64,000 nucleotides of DNA from the human T2T-CHM13v2.0 reference genome, Homo sapiens: the NCBI RefSeq assembly GCF_009914755.1, contig NC_060927.1; one strand, given 5' to 3'. Shown here piece by piece: positions 15,256-27,152 of this stretch. Position numbers and translations under genes: made by a program. Under the pieces are notes generated by a model. The model did not search any database, was not told where the DNA came from, and saw nothing but the letters and a program-made list of their open reading frames with translations. How positions within the stretch are numbered: position 1 is the first letter of the stretch; every line of letters begins with the position of its first letter.

Positions 15256-18200
15256 AGGATTAGGATCAAGGGCACATATGCAAAGAGCAAGGCTAGATAA
15301 GGTCTAGATGGAGAATGATATTAGTAGTTAAAAGCAAAAAACAAAAAAAACTTACTTCTCAAATTAAATGGGCAAACAAATTTGATATGAAGAAAGTTAG
15401 GTGCTCTTAGTGAAAATAGTTTTACTACATGGTAAAGACGCAGATTATAATCTGAGGATGGCAAAAATCAAGGCTTTAACAAAAAAGTTAATGGATAAAT
15501 AGAACCATGGATATAGATTGTTTGCTCATCAAGTTTTACCATTAAGGGAATCACAGCGGGGAAAGAGTTCCCCTGGAAGGGTGTTGGGTTCAATAAGTAC
15601 CTCCTTAGACCCAGGCATCCAGGATCCCTGCCCTGCCCTGACTCTGTATCTTAGAGGGCCTGGCTTGTGGCTTTCTCTGGTCAGTGGCTTTCCTTATGGT
15701 ATGAAGGATTCAAGGAATCAAGAGGACATGCCCACTTGGAGTCTTTGGCCCCCTTTTTAGTGCGTGGTCCCGTAACTCAGACTCCAGAAGTCCCCGTGTA
15801 AGTGACTCTCAGGTTGTTTCCAAGGTCTGTGAAGACCTCTCTCCTATGGCCTGGGTCTAAAATCCTGAGGGTGTGAGTACATAACTAGTGTCCACATATC
15901 CAGGCCCACAGGGTGTGCAATGAGGGTGTTTGTGGGCATTGGATAGTGGTGTGAAGAGTAATAGACTTGTCTTCTGGATTGTCCATACACACGCCTGTGA
16001 GGCTCCAGCTATTGCAGGATGGAGGTGGGGACATGAATAGAAGGACGCTAAGCCAAGGGGGAGTGGTGGGAAGCTCCATCATTGCCCTAGGGCTAATATT
16101 GGACCCAGTGATGTTCTCAGTCCATTCTGTACTCCATGAATATTTTTCCCCTTAGGGGGAAGATATTTTCATAACTTATGAATTTAATTAATTTTGCTTG
16201 GATCTTCAGTTAAAGAAGTTGAATGATACAGAGCTGAATGCAGTATATTTACTGATTCTTCAAACATTCAGAAGGCACCACTATGGTATTACTAAATATT
16301 TGCACTCTCACTGCAGATGTGGGACAAATCAGAGTGCTATAGGGGAAGATATGAATTTGACTCAGTCCTTATTTCTAATTCACTTCCATTTTTAGAGAAT
16401 GTCTTTTATCATGAGAGCCATTCATAATACACTAAAATTAACCACCATGTGATTGTACCATTTACAGTAACATCATGCTTGCGCCTGGCATCTGTGTTTG
16501 TCTCCTTGTTAATTCCTCAACCTTTCCATTTATTTTTCGTGTTCACAAAGGTTAATTGACATCGACTACTGTTTATATGAGGAATTCCTTGGTGAGTCTT
16601 AGTGGTGGCCACTTTGTAAGGTTTCAGTTCAGTTGAGCAGGAACTTTGATAGTCAATCTGCAAGGCTTTCTGTAAGCCTAGCACTTAATTGAAGTGTACT
16701 ACCCCTGACTGGGCTGCATTGTCAGGCATGGGGGATGTTTGATGTTTTTGCTTTCTTTTTCATATGGCTTAATCCTCCATACACAGAGTCCCTCTTAGGG
16801 TTCTTATGGGCACTTTCCTTTTTGCTAGGACATTATGCTGATAAAACAGTAGTGATTTATTGGTGATGCTCTGATGCCTTGGGCTGAGGTTGGGCAGTAT
16901 GGATACAATACATCTGTGTACTGCTTTTCACTTGGTATGCAAATTGGCATACATAATGTGGTTTTTACAGAACAACACTGTAAAGCAGGCAGAGCACTAC
17001 TTCCTCCTACACTGGTCCCTCTGTAGCGATGGGAGACTTAAGGCTCTGGTCACAGTGGTAGGTGATGGAACAACAACCGAGATCCTTCTGACCAGTGCTT
17101 ATCCCCTACACCGGTGGCACATGGATCCATTTCCGTTGTCATGAGGGTCAGTTGTGCCTGCTGTGGAAGCCCCCAGTGTGCTGTACAATCTGAGAATCAG
17201 TGAGCCACACAGATGTTACTTTTTGATTCTGAGTTGGTAATTGGCCCCTAGTTACTCACTTCCCATGCCTTAGGTTTCTGTGGGTGGTGTTTGCGCATTG
17301 CTCTCATTTATGTCCACTGGCTTGCCTTTCGAGGCTTAAAAGTATTGTCACCTGTTGTTGTCACTTAAAGACAAAAATATATTTGTCTTATAGCAAAAGG
17401 TATAGCCATATATATAGAATGATACATATGTGTGCGTATGTACTATATTTTCTTGTGATTTTTGTATTTATTATCACCAGCTAAAATTGATGTAAAAAGA
17501 TAGGCTAGTAACAGTTTAGCCTACTTGTTCATGGTTTGCTGGGGGGAAGGGGAATCAGATCAATTTTCCCTTAGATGAGTAAGTGTTTAGGGTGGAGATG
17601 TCTGTCTAGCATGGCGCTATCACGCTCTCATAAAATCACCTTTTTATCCTTTGTCCTTTGGATCCAGAGAAATAACATCCATAGTGTCAGGGAAATAGGA
17701 TTCACTATCCCCATCTAGCTTCCTCTTCCAAGTCCATGGCCAGTACCTTGGCTGAGGCTTCTCAGCAGATCCATGGTGGTCTGTCCCTCAGCCATCTGTG
17801 CCTGGGAAACATCTGTAATTGGTGGCCCCAAGGCAGTGCCAAAGCCTCTGGGGATGGGTGGACACCAGAAACATCCAAGTTTCCAACCCTTCTGCCTGAC
17901 ATGGCCTGCCAGCTTCTAACAGAATTCCCTCTAATGCCTCTGCTCACAGTATCAAGGGACTCCCAGATGAGCCTGAAATGGACATGAGCCTACCTCTGCC
18001 CATGCTGACATGAGTGTAGGCTTTTCAGGTTAATGGAAGAAACTGGGTGGCTTTGGAGTTCACTTTGTACAGCCCCTGACTGGTTTGATGAGCAGGGATT
18101 ATCAACAATTTGCCAAGCAGCAAGCATGAGTTTACAAAAAACAAAACCCATAGGTGGAACAATCTTGCCAAACTGCCAGCTATGATATTCTGGGTTTCAT

Positions 18201-19714
18201 TTAATTTTAAATCCATTTACCCCCAGGTGCAAGTGGCATGGAATTACAGTATGCCCTGTGGTCCCTCCCTGGATTTAGGTGTGTGATAGACATCTGCTGA
18301 TCAGCACTTGTAGAAGCTGAATTCTTATCTAATGCTGTTTGCTGAGAGTCTTGTAGCCAAAGCCTTTTAAATCAAAGGGAATCATCAGAGAGAACAAAAA
18401 GTAATCCCCTACCCTTAAGAGGAAGGCCCTTATGCTGTTCCATTAACTGTCTGCCTTAAACATCTGAATGGTTTAAATAACTAGAGTGCGCTTGTCTCCC
18501 CGTCTCTGTCGTCATTAGGCAGGATAAGTTTAAACACACAAGTACACATACACACACATGCATACACGCTTCTGTGGGGATATAGCCCATGTCACTATTT
18601 GTCATTCATCACAGTATATGAGATCTCTGTTATGAAATGTTCTGTCTCCAAAAACAGATATTGCTTCTCTTTTAGAAAAATATCCTTGGCTGGATCCCTG
18701 GAACTTTAATTAAAATCCTTGTTGCTCTTTAAAAAATGTTATTGCATTTCAGACAGCTTGGATGTAAAACAGTGAAGCCAGGAACCAGAACGTTTTGCCG
18801 GTGGGATAAGGGACTGTGAACAGATCAAAGGGTTGCCTGGCCTAGCCTGAGAGGTCTCAGGAGACAGCTCCTGGGAGAGACCTGCCACTTAATGAGGGAC
18901 AGACCATCAGCCCCCCAGGTTTAAAGGTAATTGTCTGAAGCAGTCACAAATTTTCTTCCATTTGTGCCCTTGACATTGTCTGGGTTGTTTTCAATAAAAA
19001 GCTAAGAAGATTATTATTAACTAATTAGTTAATTCATTTATGATTTTTGGTCATTTATGGCACTACTTAACATTGATCTCTTCAATAGACTGTGAACCAC
19101 ATGAGAACAGGAGCTACACCTGTTTGTTCACTGCCATGTCTCTGGCACATACCTCAGAATGTGGTAGTGAAAGTAGGTAGGCAATAAACATTTTTGGAAT
19201 GGATGTAGAGGCCCATGATGTTCTGGATATGAAGGATGGGATATGAAGGTGGCTAAGACATAGTCCTTGTCCTCATGGAGCTTTCAGGCTATTGGGAATA
19301 TCAAAGGTAATTAGAAATTTTGGTTATTAGGAGTTACTATTTCTTTAGTGACTTATGATGTGCCAAGTACTTTTCAGAGTTTTAACTCTCAAAGGAACTT
19401 CATAAGATAGGGTGTTTTTTTTTTTCCTTTATAGAGCATGAAACAGTATGAGAGAATTTAAATGGTTTACCCAAAGACACATGGCTACTAAATAGAGAAT
19501 GCAGTCTTTCAACTTGGACCTATCTGTCTCCAATAATCTTGTTGGTGCTACCACCTTTGAACATTTATCTCTTGGTGTTTCAATGTCAGGATTTTCTGCT
19601 TGTTCTTAATAGAGAACTAGAGGAGATTGAAAAACACATTTTTTTTTAAGTAAAGTTACTAAATGGTTTGCATTACATTTATTTGGTCAGATGAGCTTTG
19701 TCTTCATAAAATGG

Positions 19715-20340
19715 GAATGGGAATATCTATCCTATGCTTGTCCCACCATTGTAGTTTGGAAGTAGACAGCTCGTTTGATTGCATAGGCTCATGGCTGGAA
19801 ATAATTTGCCTCATGATGTGTTATGCCTTGAGTCTCACCTGTATTTGATTTAGATGAGTCTCTGGACTTTAGATAAGACTGATGCTGAAATGAGTTAAGA
19901 CTTTGGGGCATTTGGGATGGGATGAACATATTTTTCACTGTGAGAAGAACATAAATTTGGGGGGCTAGGGGTGAAATACTATGGTTTGAATGTGTCCCCC
20001 AAAAAGCACGTGTTGGAAACCTAATCCCCAATGCAACAGTGTTGGAAGGTGGGGCCTAACACGAGATGATTAGACCATGAAGGCTCTGCCCTCATGAATG
20101 GATTAATGCTGTTATCACCAGAGTGCGGTCATAAAAGAGTGAGTTCAGTTCTCTCTCTCTCACTGTCTCTTGCCCTTCATCCTTCCACCATGTTATGATC
20201 AGGAAGAAGGCCCTCACCAGGTGTTAGCCCCTTGATCTTAGACTTCTGAGCCTTTGGACCATGAGCTCATAAATATCTGTTCAATATAAATTATCCAGTC
20301 TCAGGTGTTTTGTTATACCAGCATAAAACAGACTAAGACA
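19715..20340 (+). mobile_element. MST-type MaLR: 3' internal remnant plus LTR (19977-20340, MSTD-like)
   Basis: GATGCTGAAATGAGTTAAGACTTTGGGG is the internal-region end (same motif as THE1-int near 6525); LTR TACTATGGTTTGAATGTGTCCCC...CAGACTAAGACA. Confidence 0.8.
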
Positions 20341-22699
20341 GTACCTGTGAAGGTTAGACTCTTCCTGAGTGAGTGAAGGTAGTGCTGAGTGCAGGGCAGT
20401 CAGGTGGAGTGGGGGAAGCAGAGTGAACCCTCTGCTCTGAGCTATTCTGAGCTTTTCTTATTTTTACTGTGGATGAGCTTGCAGGATGTAGATCAGGCGG
20501 TGTTGACAGTTTGGGCAGGGGGCAGGCAGACCAGCTGTGGAGGATGCTGTGGCCATATTCTTCTCTTATGTTTCTGAGGAGAGACATGGGACACTCTGCC
20601 ACCACCAGAGATTTAGGAATAGAGCTGTTCTTGTGGGCACTGAACCCCCTCCTCAGGTTCTTACACTCATTTGAAGAGGATCTGTTGTGGTGGAGCCGGG
20701 CGGTAACCAGGCTTCTGGCAGCATGTGACCCCTTGCTTGAAGATGCCAGGATCTACTACTCACTAGGAGGTCCTTTGGGTCTGAAGCTGAGGCAGATGCT
20801 GAAGCAAAGGATGAAGGGAATTGGCAGATAATGTGCTTTCTCATGCAAATTCCTCAGTGGTCCTCCCATGAAGAAGGGTAGAAGAATGCTGGGACTCTCG
20901 CTCCTCAGGCAGAAGGGACCAGATTTGACTTGCTGCCTGGGTGCCTTTAAGTTAGAAATTCTGAGTTCTTGTCTCAGGTGTGCTCTTGCATAGGGCCGGG
21001 ATGCCACAGAACTGACTTCCTCTTATGTTTTGGCAGAGGATATATAGACTCAAAGCCTGCCCGTCCCTCTCATTCTACAGATTAAAATCAAACCAAAACA
21101 AAACAGAGGCCCAGAGAGGTTATACAAATGAATCAAAAGATTTGGGGTTTCTTTTGCCTTCAGCTTTGGCTTCCAAATCCATTTTCAGCCTTGTGCCCTC
21201 AGGCTCTGGGTGAACCAAGGAAATCCAGACCTTCCTGTGGTAGAGGGATCCACAAGAGCAGAAGTGCAGGTCAGCTTGAGCAGCTGTGTTGCTTGAGTCT
21301 GGAGGCAGTGGCGGATGGGATGCCTTCCTCCTTGAAAGACTCCAAGGCTCTGTAACAGCAGTTTTGAATTGCAGCTGCTGTTATGGGTGAGAGGGAGGAC
21401 TTCATCAGAATCGCCTGGAGAGAATTTCAAAACACATGTCCGAACTCTGCTTGCCTCATGCTACCTAGGGTAATCCACAGTGCAAGAGATGGCAGTGAGC
21501 ATGAATTTTGTAAGTAATTCTGTTGTGTCCATCCCCTGCTGAGTCCCTTGTGGTACTATTTGACAATGGTAAGCCCCTTGAGGGAGTTCTCATCTTAAGG
21601 GTCATTGTGTTCTACACAGCATCTGATGTGTAATTCAGTGGATATTTGTTGAACAAATGGATGAAACAAATGGCAGTGGAGAGCTAAGAACAGAATCTAG
21701 GCAAACAGGCCTGAGCAGTGGAATGTGAGGGGGACTGGCGGTGCCTCGGTCAATACGTATCAATCGAGCGTGCTTAAAGGTGAGTCTGGCCTTCTGCAGC
21801 AGTCTGACCATTGACTCTTTATCAATAAACATAAATACTGTTCTGCCCTTGACCTCAAGAGTTAAAATAATAAATAGCTTAATTGGTCATCATTAATTCC
21901 ACTTCAAATTTACTATAGGCATGTGTGGCCTTGAACAGAATGACTCCCATGCTCAGCCCAGGCATTTTATCCCCGAACCTCCCAAAGGAGTGTCCTTGGT
22001 AAAACAAATAAAATCAGCCTCCCACCTCCTCCCACCCATCAATAGCACGTTTGCTATTGAGTCCAGGCAAATGGCCATTTGCAAGGTTGGATGAGTAGTT
22101 AAGCCACACAGGCACAATGTAATATGACAACATTCTTCATGGTAATATTGTCCTCCTCCTCATTACATTTGAATATAGATTGCCACTGTGCAATGCCTTC
22201 GACCTCGCTCTCTATTTGTGAGGTTTAGGAGTTCTTCAGACAAGGTGATGTCCACGTGCACTCCTCAGAAATTATTAGCCTATTTGTAAACCTAAACAAA
22301 ATAACAGCTATTGTCTCTAATAACTTAATTTGCCAAATCTCTTTTCTTCCTATGCTTAATTATGTATAAATTTATAGACTTAAGCCACCTGCCTGCTCAA
22401 TGCTTGTATATAATCGTACCTCTTAGCTACCACTTAATGTTTCAGGGCTCTTCCTTTATATTCTCTTTGCTTCAAACTGTACATTTAAATATCAGTACTC
22501 AGCTCAGCTTCTGAGTATTAAACATTTTTTTTTCTCCACTTCCTTGAAAAGCTGTGAACAAGCCTTTTAGCATTTTATCTGGACCAAACAGTAGTGGTTT
22601 TACATGAGAAACGAGAACTCTGCAAGTAAATCTATGTGTTTATATGTCTAAAGTGCATTATAAAAAGAAGCAATAAATCTAGTTTTCTACATAAAAGGA

Positions 22700-23234
22700 A
22701 TTAGATTTTCCAGTTTACCTCTGCACTGGGATTAATAAAATGCGCAACAAATAGCTGATGGAATGATCCATTTGAAGTTTGTAAAGGTATCTAGGGAAGC
22801 TGGCTGGAGTAGCCTTTTCATTTTTTCAAAAGCAGGATGCCTCTTAATTTTTTGATTCAGTCTTGTTTCTCAATGACTGTTTTAAAATGAGCTGAGAGGC
22901 TGTTACCTGCCTGTTTCTGCATGGCTGAGCAAATTCACCCGTAAATCCAAGTTTCTCTTCATTTCCATCACTATACGTCTCCAAATTACAGAGAATTCAT
23001 TCCTGAGCTGGAGAGGTGCCAGAAGTTTCTCATCTAGCTGTCTGTGGGCTGCCTTTTTCTTTCCCCTCTTTGAGGCTTTCTGATGCCTAGAGTGAGCTCA
23101 ACTCAAAGGTTTCCAGCCTCACACTCGCCTCACATTCCCCCACAGTCACATTGCGCTCTGTGATTCTGAGGAATACAGTGTGCCAGCATCCGATCCAGTC
23201 TCCTTTCACCTGCAGGTGTTCCAGAAACTTCAAA
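22700..23234 (+). promoter_or_regulatory. IQCJ: Probable promoter and 5'UTR of IQCJ / IQCJ-SCHIP1 (non-CpG-island; start site not determinable here)
   Basis: Repeat-free unique sequence directly upstream of the MRL exon; inferred from position only. Confidence 0.5.
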
Positions 23235-23243
23235 ATGCGTCTG
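23235..23243 (+). CDS. IQCJ: First coding exon (Met-Arg-Leu, phase 0) of IQ motif containing J / IQCJ-SCHIP1
   Basis: CAAAATGCGTCTG|GTAATG: A at -3 and donor GT at 23244. Matches the recalled IQCJ N-terminus MRLEELKRLQ. Only 3 codons are visible, so the identity rests on recall. Confidence 0.75.
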
Positions 23244-23644
23244 GTAATGTATTTGCTTTTCTAAACGTGCCACTTTGATGTGCATTATATGCAGCTGCTT
23301 ATTATTTTTTAAAAATCTGTCTTCTGAATTAACATGTATGCAAAAAATGTCAAAAAGAGCTTATAGAACAGTGTGGGCTTAATTATTGGTCTAGGTGCGT
23401 GTGCATGTGTCCTTGTTAATGTAGGCATGTGTGCATAAATATGTATTATTTATGTATACATGTGTCTGTGCGGACAGATTTCACTAAAGGAATCTCATTG
23501 AAAGCAACACTTCCTATGAACATCCAGATTTTCTAGTCAGATCTGTAAATATCTTACACAACAACAGCAAGTAGAGGAAAAATACATTTTTCACACCCAT
23601 GCAAATGGTATGTTTTAAACACTTATTTAAAAAGCCCTCCTTTC

Positions 23645-23645
<1 letters not shown>

Positions 23646-23692
<47 letters not shown>

Positions 23693-23694
23693 GT
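23646..23694. repeat. (TG)n microsatellite
   Basis: About 21 perfect TG units plus a degenerate tail, ~400 bp into intron 1. Confidence 0.97.
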
Positions 23695-26444
23695 ATGGGG
23701 AGGAGGTGTTGATTTTTGAAAATTGGGAGAGAAGAGTTATATTGCTGCTGCACGAGAATTTCTACCCCATGTTACCTGCCTTCTTAAAACTCAGTAAGCA
23801 CTGAGGGGAAGAGATGTGGTTCTGCTTTGGAGAACCTCAGGGGGACGTTGATCCGCAGTGTTCAGCAGGAATTTTAGGTATTCTAAATACTAGTGCTTGA
23901 ATAATAAGTAGATGGGGTAGATTTGCTATAGCCAAATCCTTCTATGTTTTCTGGCTTGTAGGAATCACATTCACACTGTACATTTAGGATCTGCATGTGT
24001 TTATTGAACTCTAGTAAAGCAGCGTGAGAGTGCAGGCTCATAAATCACATTATTTATTTGCTAGTGTTGGGTGCTAGATTCTAAGATTAAGAGATTACTT
24101 AGCAATTAATAATATATTCAGCATCCCTTGTCTCATTGGGTGAGATTTACATCCTTGGGACTTGCTCTTCTAGTTATAAAGATGAATTATTTAAGGTTCA
24201 TACTTAATTGCTATTTCAAATTCTTAAGCTAGAAAGATACTTGCAACACTATATTTAAAAGACTTATTTTGAAAAATGTGTATGTATATTTCTAACTGGT
24301 GGTGAGCTAATTATGACTACAATGTGCTATATGCTTAAAAATAACTGATCTTGAGTATTGCTTACTTTTGTAATAGAAACTTGTTTTCTGGTCTTCAGAT
24401 TATAATAATTCTTTCACTTTGCATTATGCTCTTTTTGAGATCAATATTAACTAATTTTTGTAAAGAAGAGAAAATGAGGTAGCAAGTCAAATAGCATTCA
24501 CAAAGTAGGTTTTCTTTGAACTAGTAGTTTTCTAAGAAATTAAAATAGTTTTTCACAAGTAGGTTTTTTAAATGTACGTTGGGTAGTGATACTTGAAAAT
24601 GGAAGCATCTTAAATATTAGCTTGTTAAGTGGAGCAGATTAGGATAGTATTAATGCCATCTTGTAGTTTCTTAATATATTTAAGATGATGTAGTAAATAG
24701 GTTAATTATTTTATATTGGCTATTATTTTTGCTTCATGATAATGATTATAAAAGCAACAATTGCATTGGATTTACTTCGCATTGTGGACAATTGTAAACT
24801 TCAGTAAAATAGTTGACTGAGTTGTAACAATAAAAATGAATATTATTAAGGTCAGTGTGAAAGCTACTCTTACTTTTTAGCATCCAAGATCTAATATTTT
24901 ATCACATATAGAGCTGTGTACTTATAGAGGATTATGTATATTTTTAAAAATTTACATAACTCTAAATGCTGATTTTATCAACCATGTTCAATTTATAATT
25001 AAAGTATAATAGTACAGTAAAAATGCATTTCAGTATGTAGAAATGGCCCCTTAAAACAGCATATTATATTAGGAGCCATTAAAAATCTGTGTAGGCTATT
25101 AATGTTATACTCATATATTGTTCTGTGTGTAACTGATTTCTATTTTAGGTCCTATTCATTTCCAATGTTGTAAATGAACCTAAGATTGTGTCTTATTCAA
25201 TGTAGGAATCTTGCCTTGAATGTAAATATCTTAATGAAGGTTTTAAATTGAATGAATAGGATGGCTAAAGATTTACTAGCACCTTTTTTCACGTGCTATA
25301 TATGCATAAATACATATATAGAAATATTAATCTATGTAAAAATATTCCTTGCCTTCAATCACATTACAAAATACCCTCACTTTACTTTTGAAGTCAATTA
25401 TTTTGTTTGAGGTTTCATAGGTGTAAAAAGAGGTTTTGTTTTTCAGAGCTTATGTAGTACTGTGTGGTAAAAGAAAAACATTCAGTGCCATTTTGTAGTG
25501 AATATCATATGTACTAAAAAGTGAGAGGAAAGAATGCTGCATTTGCCATCTGTCTCTAAGTATGACCTCCTACTGGCTTTAGACATATTGTAGACCAGGC
25601 CTTTATTTTATGAAACAAATTTATATTACCCCAAAATACCTAAAATGATTGTAAAACACTTACTTCCCCTCATACAATAGTTTCCCTATTATGTGACCAG
25701 GACTGTCTTAACAAACATTTTATTTTTAAGGCTCACATATAGAATGAAGACATAAAAAATATAATTTGTAGGCTGACCATGCATCCATAGCTGAAAATAT
25801 TCATCCTTTAAGTAAGCATTTATTAAGCATCACATTGCCAAGCTGGCTTCTAGCTTTGGGACAAAAGGAGGTGTCAAGGAGGGAAGCTCCTGTTTAAAGA
25901 TACCATTCCTGCTATTTCATTATTAACCATTATTTATGGAGGCAAGACACCTTCAATATGGTTTGAGAATTGCATTGGATTTTTTGTTTTTTGTACTACT
26001 TAGTTTCAAAAGGACAAAATCCTTGGGAGCATTTTCCAATAGAGAAGAACAATCACAGTTAGGGTGGGGAGGGCATGCTGGTCAAGAAAGACTCTCTGGA
26101 GAAGATGAGTTCTCAACCAAGCGGGGGAGGAGGTTATTAGCAAAAATTGATAAAAAGGAGAGTAATAGGAGAATTTGGAGTGGATGGAAAAGAAAGGAGA
26201 AGTAAATCACGGGAGGAGACAAGAAGGTGATGGCATTGTATGGAGAGAGGAGCCGTATTGGAAGTAAGAGGAAATCAAATTTAAAAAAAATTACAGAGTT
26301 GGGCTTTAAATTTTTCAAAATTAATATTCACTAACCTTATTAGAGTCTGTGGAAAATTATTTGATTAAGTAAACATTTCTCCTATTTTGTTATGCCAAAC
26401 AACCTCTGTAAATGCATTTTAAAATCTACATAATAATTTTAATT

Positions 26445-26675
26445 CATATTTATTGAGTATTTACTATGGGCCAGCTATGGGCCAGGCACTGCACTAAATA
26501 CTTTAAATGCACTATCTTATATAGTCCTCATTGACTATTAATATCCACATTCTACTGGTGAAGAAACTGAGGTACCGAGAAGTTTAATTAACTTGTCTGA
26601 GTTTGTATAAGGTCAGAAATGGAGGAGTGGGATTTGAACCCAGATTCTAGAGCCCAGCCTTCTAGCCACTATACA
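26445..26675 (-). mobile_element. MIR
   Basis: TTTATTGAGTATTTACTATG...GAAGAAACTGAGG...GGGATTTGAACCCAGA. Confidence 0.75.
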
Positions 26676-26745
26676 AAAAAATCACAGTTAGCTTATTTCA
26701 TCTCTAGTTCCAGGTCCAGACTGGTATGGCTAGTTGTTCACTGGG

Positions 26746-27152
26746 TGTGTCATTTAGGTTCTCTGGGAAGAGATTCTGAGACAGAATTAGTAGTGCAAGT
26801 GGTTTATTTGAGAGTAAAGACAAATGGGGAAGGAAGCAAAATTGGGCAGGGAGAGCCTTCTGACCACACAATGCAGATATGACAAAATCTCACCCAACCC
26901 AATGGCAACCTCTGGAGGGAAGATTGCCCATTAAAGGAGTCTCACAGTGGGCAGAAATGACCAGGCCTAGTACCCCTGCTATGCTCAATCACTGGCTGGG
27001 GGCTCCCCGAAAGAGCATGGCTGTGGCTTAAAAGTTGAGGAAGATCCTGAAAGTCCTGTAGCTGGATGTTGTCAGCTAACTGCACTTCTTGCAGCTGAAT
27101 AGCAAGTTCTTTCTTGAAGGAAGATCTGAGCAGTGTACCTCCCTGGCTGCCA
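26746..27152. mobile_element. Old ERVL LTR (LTR16/LTR33-like)
   Basis: GGTTCTCTGGGAAGAGATTCTGAGACAGAATTAG...TTTATTTGAGAG...GGGCAGGGAGAG pattern. Confidence 0.5.

Noticed and set aside
20354-21430. GC-richer stretch with several 60-120 aa ORFs, possible processed pseudogene
   Set aside because: No recognisable protein similarity, poly-A or TSD.
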